NCBI GenBank assembly: GCA_038040385.1
Contig: JBBPII010000008.1
Location: 109,091-173,090, forward strand
DNA: 64,000 nucleotides
Reading direction: 5' to 3'
Source of the DNA: Candidatus Gilichinskyi gelida
GTDB taxonomy: Bacteria; Acidobacteriota; Thermoanaerobaculia; Gp7-AA8
Shown: positions 19,892 through 28,721 of the stretch, piece by piece
Numbering within the stretch: position 1 is the stretch's first letter
How the letters are laid out: the number at the start of each line of letters is the position of its first letter
Translations under genes and position numbers: made by a program
The notes under the pieces: generated by a model
What the model saw: only the letters and a program-made list of their open reading frames with translations
Databases searched by the model: none
Told to the model about the DNA's origin: nothing

Positions 19892-22503
19892 TGCGTATCG
19901 ACGGCCAGCGGCACGGCGAGGGGGTAAATGTTCTCCATGGTCTCTTTCACGATTCCCGCCACGTCCTCCGCCCGCGCCGCGGCGACCTCGATGACGATCT
20001 CGTCGTGCACCGTCAGCAGCATCTTTGCGTCCGGCGGAAGGTTCTGCTCCAGGGCGATCATCGCCAGCTTGAGGATGTCCGCCGCCGTCCCCTGAATCGG
20101 CGCGTTGGTGGCCATCCGCTCCGCGTTGCCGCGCACCGTGAACGACTTGTTGTGGATCTCGGGGATGTAGCGCACGCGCCCGAACAGCGTCGTGACCTTG
20201 CCGCTCTTGCGCGCTTCGTCGAGCGTGCGGTCGAGGTACTCCTGAATCTTGGGGTAGCGCGAGAAGTACGCCTCGATCCAGTCCTTCGCCTGGCTTCCGG
20301 AGATGTTCAACTCGTTCGACAGCCGGAACGCCGACATGCCGTACAGCACGCCGAAGTTGATGGTCTTCGCCGCGCGCCGCTGATCGTGGGTCAGCTCATC
20401 CTCGGGGATATTGAACATCTTCGACGCCGTGGCGCGATGGATGTCGGCGCCGCGGCGGAAGGTCTCGATCAGCGACTCGTCCTGCGAGATGTGCGCGAGG
20501 ATGCGCAGCTCCACCTGCGAGTAGTCGGCGGCGAGCAGCACGTTGCCGTCGTCGGCCACGAACGCCTTGCGGATCTCGCGTCCCAGCTCGGTGCGGATGG
20601 GGATGTTCTGCAGGTTTGGGTCGGACGACGACAGCCGTCCCGTCGCCGCCACCGCCTGGTTGAACGAGGTGTGCACGCGGCCGTCGCCGGCCACGAGCTG
20701 CGGCAGGGCATCGATGTACGTCGACTTCAGCTTGTGCAGCTCGCGGTGCTGCAAGATGAGCTGCGGCACCACGTAGTACTTTGCAAGTTCTTCCAGAACA
20801 TCCACAGATGTGGAGTAGGCCTTAGTACCTTTTGTCTTCTTGGCTACTGGATACTGCAACTTCTCGAAGAGGATGTGCGCGAGCTGCTGCGGCGAGTTGA
20901 TGTTGAACTCCGTCCCCGCCTCGGCGTAGATCCGCTTCTCGAGATCCGCCAGTTGCACGCCCATACTGTTGCTCATGGTGCGCAGCAGCGGAACGTCGAT
21001 CCGAATGCCACGCCGCTCCATCCGCGTGAGAATGGGGATCAGCGGCAGTTCGATGGTTTCGTAGACCTTCAGCAAATCGGCGTCGACGCTCAGCTTCGGC
21101 TCGAGGAGTCTCTTCAGCGCGACGGTGACGTCGGACTTCTCGCCAAGGTATTGGTTGAGGGGGCCGAGGGCGGTGGCGCCGATCTCGTGGCTGAGCGCGA
21201 AGAGCGGAGCGGTCTTCGCCACGTCCTTGCGCGAGAGAATGTCGACCTTCAGCCGGTCGCGCGCGATGTTGCCCAGCGCGTGCGACGGCAGGCCGGGATT
21301 GATCACGTACGACGTGATCATCGTGTCGGCGAAGCGGCGCGGAAGCGGCCATCCGTTCGCGGCGAGGCGGCGGAACTGCTGTTTGACGTCATGCGCGACG
21401 AAGAGCTTGTGGGAGGCCAGGAGCCGCTTCAGCGCGTCGCTGATCTCCGCGTTGCCGCCGACGTTCGCGGCGATCGGCACGATGAGCGACTCGCCCGGCT
21501 TCACCGAGAGCGACGCCGCCATCAGCTCGTCGAAGCCGTCCGGCGTCGTCGACTCGAACCACACCGCCACCTCGGCCGCATCGCGCACGAAGTCGTCGAC
21601 GTCGCTCGCCTTCGTCGCCGTCTGGATGTCGCGCTCCACCGGCGGCGGCTCCGGCAGGAACTCCTGCATCAGCGAGGCGAACTCCAGCCGGGAGAAAACG
21701 TCGTGCAGCTTGGCGCGGTCGGGGTCCTGGCGCTTCAGGGTGTCGAAGTCGAGCTCGTACTCGAGATCGCACTTGATCCGCGCCAGCTCGCGCGACATGA
21801 AAGCCTTCTCCCGGCTCTCCTCGAGCTTCTTGCGCTGCGCCGGCTTCAGCTCTTCGAGGTGCTCGTAGACGCCTTCGAGCGATCCGTACGACTGGATGAG
21901 GGCCTTCGCCCCCTTCTCGCCGATGCCGGGCACGCCGGGGATGTTGTCGATGGCGTCGCCCCAGATGGCCATGACGTCGACGACCTTCTCGGGCGGCAGG
22001 CCGAACGCCTCCTCGATGCCCTTGGCGTCGTACAGCACCTCGCGGCCGGTGTGATAGAGCTTGATCCCGTCGCCGACGAGCTGGAAGAAGTCCTTGTCCG
22101 ATGTGGCGATGACGACCTCGTAGCCGCGGTCGCGCGCCGTGCAGGCGATCGAGCCGATGAGATCGTCCGCCTCCCAATCCTCGACGCCGATGACCGGGAT
22201 GCGAAAGCCGGCCAGGACCTCGTTGACCAGCGGCAGTTGCACGACGAGATCGTCCGGCATCGGCCGGCGGTCTTTCTTGTAGTCCGCGTACGCCTCGTGC
22301 CGCGTCTTGGCTGAGCCGATGTCGAAGGCTACGGCGATGCAGTCGGGCTCGTGGTCTTTGAGCAGCTTCTTCAGCGTGGTGGTGAAACCGTAGACCGCGT
22401 TGGTGGCGAGGCCGGAGGAGTTGGTCAGGCCGCGGATGGCGAAGTAGGAGCGGTAGACGTTGTTGGAACCATCGACGAGGAACAAACTTGGACGCTTGGG
22501 CAC
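19858..22503 (-). CDS. polA: DNA polymerase I
   Basis: 881 aa with a 5'-3' exonuclease N-terminus (FLVDGSNNVYRSYFA), a 3'-5' exo-like middle, and the polymerase motifs RRAAKTINFGVLYG and VHDEIVIE. Confidence 0.95.
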   Translation of the reverse strand: MPKRPSLFLVDGSNNVYRSYFAIRGLTNSSGLATNAVYGFTTTLKKLLKDHEPDCIAVAFDIGSAKTRHEAYADYKKDRRPMPDDLVVQLPLVNEVLAGFRIPVIGVEDWEADDLIGSIACTARDRGYEVVIATSDKDFFQLVGDGIKLYHTGREVLYDAKGIEEAFGLPPEKVVDVMAIWGDAIDNIPGVPGIGEKGAKALIQSYGSLEGVYEHLEELKPAQRKKLEESREKAFMSRELARIKCDLEYELDFDTLKRQDPDRAKLHDVFSRLEFASLMQEFLPEPPPVERDIQTATKASDVDDFVRDAAEVAVWFESTTPDGFDELMAASLSVKPGESLIVPIAANVGGNAEISDALKRLLASHKLFVAHDVKQQFRRLAANGWPLPRRFADTMITSYVINPGLPSHALGNIARDRLKVDILSRKDVAKTAPLFALSHEIGATALGPLNQYLGEKSDVTVALKRLLEPKLSVDADLLKVYETIELPLIPILTRMERRGIRIDVPLLRTMSNSMGVQLADLEKRIYAEAGTEFNINSPQQLAHILFEKLQYPVAKKTKGTKAYSTSVDVLEELAKYYVVPQLILQHRELHKLKSTYIDALPQLVAGDGRVHTSFNQAVAATGRLSSSDPNLQNIPIRTELGREIRKAFVADDGNVLLAADYSQVELRILAHISQDESLIETFRRGADIHRATASKMFNIPEDELTHDQRRAAKTINFGVLYGMSAFRLSNELNISGSQAKDWIEAYFSRYPKIQEYLDRTLDEARKSGKVTTLFGRVRYIPEIHNKSFTVRGNAERMATNAPIQGTAADILKLAMIALEQNLPPDAKMLLTVHDEIVIEVAAARAEDVAGIVKETMENIYPLAVPLAVDTHWGPRWYDAKD

Positions 22504-22548
22504 GGCGCCGGATTATAGAGTTCTGAGTGCTGAGTAAGGAGGTCGCAG

Positions 22549-22817
22549 ATGGGGCTGTTCTCGAAGCTTTTCGGTCCGCAACCAGCCGGTCCGGGCCACA
22601 CGTCGGGTAAACGCATCCTCGTGGTCGATGACAGCATCACCATTCAAAAGGTGATCGAGCTGAGGCTGCCAGGACATGAGCTTCACTCCGCGCAAAAGTG
22701 TCGCCGGGGACGTTCGAGCCATTCGACGAGGCGCAGGCGAAGAGCGCCGACGCCGTGCTCAAGAAACCGTTCGAGCCTCAGGCGCTCGTCAGCGAAGTCG
22801 AACGACTTCTCGCCTAA
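22549..22817 (+). pseudogene. Internally deleted and frameshifted CheY-like response-regulator receiver remnant
   Basis: Frame 0 gives KRILVVDDSITIQKVIELRLPGHE (receiver beta1-alpha1). A different frame gives the C-terminal ...ADAVLKKPFEPQALVSEVERLLA* (beta5-alpha5). The central ~60 aa, including the phospho-acceptor Asp, are missing. Confidence 0.55.
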
Positions 22818-22880
22818 AGACGTGATGAGCAACCTCCAGTCACACCTTGTGCTACACATGGGGATGTGTAGAATGAACGG

Positions 22881-23081
22881 ATGGCTACGAATCTCGCGAT
22901 CGACGATCGGCTACTGCAGGAAGCACAGAGGATCGGCGGTCAGCACACGAAGAAGGCGACCGTCACTGAAGCGCTGGAGGAGTACATCCAGCGTCGCAAG
23001 CAGGCGAAGATTTTGGAGTTGTTCGGAACAATCGACTTCGATCCGAGCTACGACTACAAGAAACAGCGACGTAAGGCATGA
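22881..23081 (+). CDS. vapB: Type II antitoxin, VapB family (PF09957-like)
   Basis: 66 aa: MATNLAIDDRLLQEAQRIGGQHTKKATVTEALEEYIQRRKQAKILELFGTIDFD. The stop overlaps the vapC start (ATGA). Confidence 0.85.
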   Translation: MATNLAIDDRLLQEAQRIGGQHTKKATVTEALEEYIQRRKQAKILELFGTIDFDPSYDYKKQRRKA

Positions 23082-23497
23082 AGGTGTTGGTGGATACGCC
23101 GGTCTGGTCCCTTGCGTTACGCCGTAAAGTCCGCTCGGAGAATGCCTCGACGAGAGAGTTGGCGTCGCTCATCGAGGATGGTCGCGTCGCCATGATTGGT
23201 CCAGTTCGCCAGGAAGTCCTCTCGGGCATCAAGGAACAGTCGCAGCTCGAGCGGTTACGCGAACACCTGCGCTCGTTCTCGGATGTCCTGATCACGTCTG
23301 AAGACCATGAAGAAGCCGCGTCGTTCTACGACCGCTGTCGAGGGAAGGGTATCCAAGGCTCGAATACCGATTTCCTAATCTGCGCGATCGCGGCGCGTCT
23401 CGAATATCCGGTCTTCACGACCGACAAGGATTTCGCGCACTTCGCAAAAGTCCTTCCGATCGCCCTGCACGACGCGAACGGTAAACGAGTCCCCTAA
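23078..23497 (+). CDS. vapC: PIN-domain ribonuclease toxin VapC
   Basis: 139 aa. LVDTPVW, the conserved acidic residues (D5, E..., D at TTDKDF) and the FLICAIAARLEYPVFTTDKDF segment fit a PIN domain. Confidence 0.85.
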   Translation: MKVLVDTPVWSLALRRKVRSENASTRELASLIEDGRVAMIGPVRQEVLSGIKEQSQLERLREHLRSFSDVLITSEDHEEAASFYDRCRGKGIQGSNTDFLICAIAARLEYPVFTTDKDFAHFAKVLPIALHDANGKRVP

Positions 23498-23504
23498 AAG
23501 CACT

Positions 23505-23526
23505 AACGGAGCCTTTCGGCTCCGTT
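23505..23526 (+). terminator. Stem-loop directly after vapC
   Basis: AACGGAGCC-TTTC-GGCTCCGTT is a perfect 9-bp stem beginning 8 nt after the vapC stop. No U-tract follows. Confidence 0.45.
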
Positions 23527-23908
23527 GGTGGTACAGGGGGCTGGACCGCTGCGGCCAGTTGGCAGGATTCAAGGAAGCTTTGTGAATAATCGTCCAAAAT
23601 CGGTCCAATAGTGTAGGAGGGAGCCCGCAGCGGCCACTAGGCGCAGGCGATAGAGACGGGACCCGCGCGGCGGTTTCGGTTCTGTCGAAACCTGTTTCAT
23701 CGTGACCCAGCCTTGTGCACGAGGTGCGCCAGGTCTAATAACTGTGAGCAAAAGAGCCGGAATCGGCTCGAGCGACCTCGTCGACGATGGCAGAAAACAC
23801 TGAATTTAGGTGGTTTCCCCGCCATCGCCAGAATCGAAATGTCCCTACAGATCAGTCCGGCAAAAATTGCAGGTGCTGCCTCCCGCATTGCAATTCTGAC
23901 CGACCGTG

Positions 23909-24443
23909 ATGCGCAAAAATCCTACTCACGCTTTTTTTCGTCTCCATCTCATCCGTCCCCCACGCTCTCGCCGACGGCTGGAGTGTCGGCGCCGGCACCG
24001 GACCCTTCGTCTTCGGCTACGTCGCCGAGCGCAGCACGCGCATCGTCACCGACGGCGGCCAGAGCACCAGCCGCACCCGCCTCTCCGCGGCCACCCGTCC
24101 GGGTGGCGCCGCCGACGTGGAGCGCAGACTCAAGACTGGCTCGCCGTCCGCCTCGACGCCTCCTGGACCCGCGCGCCGATGAAGGTCAAGCGACGACGAC
24201 AGCGGAATCAGCTTCGACGCCGGCCACGCCAACGTCACCACCTTCGCCCTGCCGTTGGTCGTGAGGCTGAACCGCCACGGCGCCTTCCGCTTCCACCTCG
24301 CTGCCGGCCCGGCGTACACCTTCTACACGATGAAGGGGCGGGCGGGTGGCGGTGCGACGCTGGCTCTCTTCGACGGCACGCGCGGGAGATGGGGCGGCGC
24401 GGCGCCACCACTGATCCCGTCGCTTCGCGACGGGATAAACTGA
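23909..24443 (+). pseudogene. Frameshifted outer-membrane beta-barrel (OmpW/OmpA-TM-like) gene
   Basis: ATG at 23909 precedes a CAAAAATCC homopolymer. Removing one A restores MRKILLTLFFVSISSVPHALA|DGWSVGAGTGPFVFGYVAE..., which is a signal peptide followed by beta-strand dyads. It stops at 24167. A further frame continues ...DDDSGISFDAGHANVTTFALPLVVRLNRHGAFRFHLAAGPAYTFY.... That makes at least two frame changes. GC is lower upstream. Confidence 0.45.
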
Positions 24444-24447
24444 AAAA

Positions 24448-25008
24448 GTGAAGACGCGCGACGACGCCCTCGCCATCCTCCGCCACTACACGAAGAGCGA
24501 CTCGCTCCGAAAGCACGCCCTCGCCGTCGAGCATGCGATGAAAGCGTGCGCGCGGAAGTTCGCGCCCGACGAGGACCCCGTCCGCTGGGGCATGGCCGGG
24601 CTGCTGCACGACTTCGACTACGAGCAGTTCCCGGCCGCCGATCAGCATCCCTACGTCGGCTCGAAGATCCTCGAGGAGGCCGGCTTCGACGAGGACCTGC
24701 GCACGGCGATCATGGGTCACGCGCCGTACACCAACGTTCCGCGCACCACGCCGATGGCCAAGGCGCTCTTCGCCTGCGACGAGCTGTGCGGATTCCTCGT
24801 GGCCTGCGCCCTGGTGCAGCCGAGCAAGTCGATGGCGGACGTGAAGCCGGCGTCGGTGAAGAAGAAGCTGAAGGACAAGGCGTTCGCGCGCAGCGTCAGC
24901 CGCGACGATATTTACAACGGCGCCGCGGAGCTGGGCGTCGACCTCGAGGAGCACATCGCCTTCGTGCGCGAAGCGCTGCTGGAGATCGCGGGGGAGATCG
25001 GGGTCTAG
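24448..25008 (+). CDS. HD-domain metal-dependent phosphohydrolase
   Basis: GLLHDFDYE and a downstream HD...D arrangement. 186 aa, GTG start. Confidence 0.7.
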   Translation: MKTRDDALAILRHYTKSDSLRKHALAVEHAMKACARKFAPDEDPVRWGMAGLLHDFDYEQFPAADQHPYVGSKILEEAGFDEDLRTAIMGHAPYTNVPRTTPMAKALFACDELCGFLVACALVQPSKSMADVKPASVKKKLKDKAFARSVSRDDIYNGAAELGVDLEEHIAFVREALLEIAGEIGV

Positions 25009-25205
25009 TCCAGGAGGCCGTTCAAATCGGCCAGGAACCTCTCCAGCGGAAACCCATACCCCGCCGCCACCTCGGCCAACGTCTCGTCAACCGAGCTCGC
25101 GCAGTTCCAACAGCCGCTGAGCCGGTACGAGGCGAAGACCCACTGCGTGGCCGCGTGCAGCTCCAGCGCCCGTCCGACCGTGGTCTCCGCTTCGAATCGC
25201 GTCAT
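25005..25205 (-). CDS. DUF1858-domain redox protein (CxxC)
   Basis: MTRFEAETTVGRALELH...SGCWNCASSVDETLAEVAAGYGFPLERFLADLNGLL matches the DUF1858 pattern. Starting at the second Met avoids overlapping the moaD start. Confidence 0.65.
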   Translation of the reverse strand: MTRFEAETTVGRALELHAATQWVFASYRLSGCWNCASSVDETLAEVAAGYGFPLERFLADLNGLLD

Positions 25206-25221
25206 GTCAGAATGCGGCGCC

Positions 25222-25467
25222 ATGAAGGTGCGGCTCCTCTATTTCGCCGTGCTGCGCGATGTTACCGGGAAACGCGACGACGTTCTGGAGCTGCCCGAGG
25301 GAACCCGCGCCGCGGATGTGTGGCTCCGGATGCGCGACGAGCACCGCGCGCTTCGCGAGTACGTCCGGCCGCCGATGACCGCCATCAACGAGAGCTACGC
25401 CGACGCCGAGCAGGTGCTGCGCGACGGCGACGAGCTGGCCTTCATTCCTCCGGTGGCGGGCGGGTAG
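25222..25467 (+). CDS. moaD: Molybdopterin synthase sulfur-carrier subunit
   Basis: 81 aa from MKVRLLYFAVLRDVTG to the C-terminal ...FIPPVAGG diglycine. Lies 5 nt upstream of moaE. Confidence 0.85.
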   Translation: MKVRLLYFAVLRDVTGKRDDVLELPEGTRAADVWLRMRDEHRALREYVRPPMTAINESYADAEQVLRDGDELAFIPPVAGG

Positions 25468-25471
25468 TACG

Positions 25472-25891
25472 TTGACCTTCTTCACCAATGACCCCATCGA
25501 CTCCGCCGCGCTCGTGCGCAGCGTGGTCCGACCCGGCGACGGCGCGTACGTGCTCTTCGAGGGAGTGGTGCGCAACCACAACGAAGGCAAGCAGGTGGAG
25601 TCCATCGACTACGAGGCCTACCTGCCGATGGCGGAGAAGGAGATGGCGCGCGTGGTCGACGAGGTGCGCGGCGCGTTCCCCGACGTCGCCGTCGCCGTGG
25701 TCCATCGCCTCGGACACCTCGTCGTCGGCGACGCCTCGATCGCCATCGTCTGCGCCTCGCCGCACCGCGCGGAGGCGTTCGACGCCTGCCGCACCGTGAT
25801 CGACCGCATCAAGCAGACGGTGCCCATCTGGAAGAAGGAGCGCGGTCCCGGCGGCGAGGAATGGGTCGGCTGGCAGTGCAAGCATGAGTGA
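25472..25891 (+). CDS. moaE: Molybdopterin synthase catalytic subunit
   Basis: 139 aa. VGDASIAIVCASPHRAEAFDACRTVIDRIKQTVPIWKKE is characteristic of MoaE. Confidence 0.85.
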   Translation: MTFFTNDPIDSAALVRSVVRPGDGAYVLFEGVVRNHNEGKQVESIDYEAYLPMAEKEMARVVDEVRGAFPDVAVAVVHRLGHLVVGDASIAIVCASPHRAEAFDACRTVIDRIKQTVPIWKKERGPGGEEWVGWQCKHE

Positions 25892-26522
25892 CGTCACGCC
25901 GGTCCCCGCCGCCAGCGTCATCCTCCTTCGCGGCGATCCGTTCGAAGTGCTGATGATCCATCGCCACGCGAAGTCGAGCTTCGCGGCGAACGCGTGGGTG
26001 TTCCCGGGCGGCGCGGTGGACCCGAGCGACGAGCGCGGATCGACGCTGGACACCATGCGCGTCGCCGCGGCGCGCGAGTTGTTCGAGGAGAGCGGGATCT
26101 GGATGGGAGCGCCGCTACCGGATTTGGAAGCGAAGCGCCGCGCGCTGCTCGCCGGCGAGACGACGTTTGAGGCGCTGGCGGCGGAGTCACCCGTCGACTT
26201 CGAGCGCCTGGTGTGGACCTCGCGCTGGATCACGCCGGAGGGCATTCACAAGCGGTTCGACACGTACTTCTTTCTCGCGCGCGCGAACGACGGCGCCACC
26301 GCCACCGTCGACGACAACGAGGCCGTCGACGTCGTCTGGATCACGCCCACGGACGCCATCGACAACCTGGAGATCGTGTTCCCCACGCAGAAGAATCTCG
26401 AGGCCATCGCCGGCTTCACATCGATCGACGCGCTGCTCGAATCGCGCCGCGGCGCGACGATCAACCCGACGCAGCCCCGCCTACTGATGGTGAGCGGGAA
26501 GAAAACGATCGTGCTGCCGTGA
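25884..26522 (+). CDS. NUDIX hydrolase
   Basis: Nudix box GGAVDPSDERGSTLDTMRVAAARELFEESGI (GX5EX7REUXEEXGU). Confidence 0.8.
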   Translation: MSDVTPVPAASVILLRGDPFEVLMIHRHAKSSFAANAWVFPGGAVDPSDERGSTLDTMRVAAARELFEESGIWMGAPLPDLEAKRRALLAGETTFEALAAESPVDFERLVWTSRWITPEGIHKRFDTYFFLARANDGATATVDDNEAVDVVWITPTDAIDNLEIVFPTQKNLEAIAGFTSIDALLESRRGATINPTQPRLLMVSGKKTIVLP

Positions 26523-27241
26523 ACATCCGCTCCATCACCGCGCCGAATCCCGGACCGTTCACGCTCGACGGCACCCGCACCTACCTCATCGACGACACGG
26601 CGGTGCTCGATCCGGGGCCGGCGATCGGCGCGCACATCGACGCCATCGCCGCGGCGATGCCCAACCTGCGCACCATCTTCATCACCCACCGCCACGGCGA
26701 CCACGCCCCGGCCGCCGTCCCGCTGAAGCAGCGGACCGGCGCGCGAATCGTCGCCCCGCGCGGCGTGCTCGATGAGACCGACCGAGTCGTCGAAGACGGC
26801 GAGGTCGTCGACGGGCTGGAAGTGATCGCCACGCCCGGCCACACCAACGAGCACGTCTGCTACCTCACCGCGGACGGCGATCTCTTCACCGGCGACACCA
26901 TCCTCGGCAGCGGCACGACCACCATCTTCCCGCCCGACGGCCACATGGGCGATTACATCCGCTCGCTGCGGCGCCTGCACGAACGCCGGCCGCGCCGCAT
27001 CTATCCCGCGCACGGCCCCACGCGCGACGACGCCGTGGCGCTGATCGACGAGTACATCGCCCACCGCCTTCAGCGCGAGCAGCAGGTCCTCGACGCCATC
27101 GCCGCCGGCGCGCGCAGCGTCGAAGAGATGCGCCGCCGCATCTATCCCGATCTCGACCCGCGCCTGCACGGCGCGGCGGAGATCCAGATACGCGCGCACC
27201 TCATCAAATTGGAAGAGGAGGGCCGGCTCCCGTCATCCTGA
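26519..27241 (+). CDS. MBL-fold metallo-hydrolase
   Basis: HxHxDH motif (THRHGDHAP), then TPGHTNEHV and the GDTILG Asp. The GTG start overlaps the NUDIX stop. The last codons plus stop (..PSS*) are supplied by REP copy A. Confidence 0.8.
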   Translation: MNIRSITAPNPGPFTLDGTRTYLIDDTAVLDPGPAIGAHIDAIAAAMPNLRTIFITHRHGDHAPAAVPLKQRTGARIVAPRGVLDETDRVVEDGEVVDGLEVIATPGHTNEHVCYLTADGDLFTGDTILGSGTTTIFPPDGHMGDYIRSLRRLHERRPRRIYPAHGPTRDDAVALIDEYIAHRLQREQQVLDAIAAGARSVEEMRRRIYPDLDPRLHGAAEIQIRAHLIKLEEEGRLPSS

Positions 27242-27307
27242 GCCGCGCAGACGGCGAAGGATCTCAAGATGCGGCATCCGGAGATCCTTCGCTACGCTCA
27301 GGATGAC
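27232..27307. repeat. REP/MITE-like palindromic element, copy A
   Basis: Left arm GTCATCCTGAGCCGCGCAGACGGCGAAGGATCTC, loop, right arm GAGATCCTTCGCTACGCTCAGGATGAC. The same left arm recurs at 38504, 44875 and 57293. Confidence 0.85.
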
Positions 27308-27312
27308 GGAAG

Positions 27313-27765
27313 TCACCTCGGTATCACCATCCGAATGAACGCCTTGTTCACGTAGTACGTGTACTCCTCGTCGTCGATGCGCAGGAACGCTTCGGTCGTA
27401 TCGTTCAGGACGTCGGAGATGCGCGACTGCTCGCGCGGGCGGTCGATCGGCACGGTGCCTTCGATGCGGGAGCCGTCGGCGAGCTCCAGGATGGTGAGCT
27501 TCTCGATCAGCGTGACCTCCAGCTCCACCACTTCGGGAAGTTTCTCGAACTTCACCCAGAGGATCTGATCGCGGTTGACCATCTTCGGCACGCCGCCGGC
27601 GAGCATGGGGAAGAACTTCCGCGTGCCGTTGAGGTAGTCGGCGAGCGTTTCCGGCCCCTCGCGGTGCTCGGAGAACGGGTAGAGGTAGACGAAGTACTCG
27701 TCGGGATCGATGCCGACGAGGGCCACGGTCACAGCGACCTCGTTCATCGGCACCTGGAAGGTCAT
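27313..27765 (-). CDS. Hypothetical protein
   Basis: 150-aa ORF with coding-like composition and no recognised motif. Confidence 0.4.
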   Translation of the reverse strand: MTFQVPMNEVAVTVALVGIDPDEYFVYLYPFSEHREGPETLADYLNGTRKFFPMLAGGVPKMVNRDQILWVKFEKLPEVVELEVTLIEKLTILELADGSRIEGTVPIDRPREQSRISDVLNDTTEAFLRIDDEEYTYYVNKAFIRMVIPR

Positions 27766-27800
27766 CGTGCGAATGATACGGCGGCTACAATACGCCCGCC

Positions 27801-28721
27801 ATGCGGCACAAGGACTTCATCGAGATTCACGACTACAGCGCCGACGAAGTGCGCGAGATCTTCGAGATCGCGCGCGACATGAAGAGCGACCCGAAAAAGT
27901 ATCGCGGCGCCCTCGAAGGGCAGACCCTGGCGATGATCTTCGAGAAATCGTCGACTCGCACGCGCGTCTCGTTCGAGGTGGGGATGTACCAACTCGGCGG
28001 CCACGCGCTCTTCCTCTCCGCGCGCGACATGCAGCTCGGCCGCGGCGAGCCGATCGTCGACACCGCCCGCGTCCTGTCGCGCTACGTCGACGGCATCATG
28101 GCCCGCACCTTCGCCCACAAGACGGTTACCGATCTCGCCGAGTACGCCACCGTGCCGGTGATCAACGGCCTCACCGACCTCTCCCACCCCTGCCAGGTGA
28201 TGGCCGACTACTTCACGGCGTGGGAGAAATTCGGCGATCTCAAAGGCCGCAAGCTCGCCTACGTCGGCGACGGCAACAACATGGCCCACTCGCTGCTCTT
28301 CGGCGCGCCGAAGGTGGGGATGAACGTCGCCGTGGCCACGCCCGCCGGCTACCCGCCCGATCCCACCATCGTCGGCCAGGCGCTCGCCGACGCCGACGCC
28401 GCCGGGACCAAGATCGTCGTCACCACCTCGATCGAAGAGGCGGTGCGCGACGCTGACGTCGTGGAGACCGACGTCTGGGCCTCGATGGGAGCGGAAGAAG
28501 AAGCGGAGAAGCGCCGCCGCGACTTCGACGGGTGGCAGGTCGACAGGCGGGTGATGTCGCTGGCCAGGACGGACGCCATCTTCATGCACTGCCTGCCGGC
28601 GCATCGCGGCGAAGAGGTGGCGGCCGAGGTCATCGACTCGCCGCAATCGGTCATCTACGACGAGGCGGAGAACCGCCTCCACGTGCAGAAAGCGATTCTC
28701 TACTCCCTGATGAAGAAGTAG
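27801..28721 (+). CDS. argF: Ornithine carbamoyltransferase
   Basis: The STRTR, HPCQ and HCLP motifs distinguish OTCase from ATCase. 306 aa. Confidence 0.92.
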   Translation: MRHKDFIEIHDYSADEVREIFEIARDMKSDPKKYRGALEGQTLAMIFEKSSTRTRVSFEVGMYQLGGHALFLSARDMQLGRGEPIVDTARVLSRYVDGIMARTFAHKTVTDLAEYATVPVINGLTDLSHPCQVMADYFTAWEKFGDLKGRKLAYVGDGNNMAHSLLFGAPKVGMNVAVATPAGYPPDPTIVGQALADADAAGTKIVVTTSIEEAVRDADVVETDVWASMGAEEEAEKRRRDFDGWQVDRRVMSLARTDAIFMHCLPAHRGEEVAAEVIDSPQSVIYDEAENRLHVQKAILYSLMKK

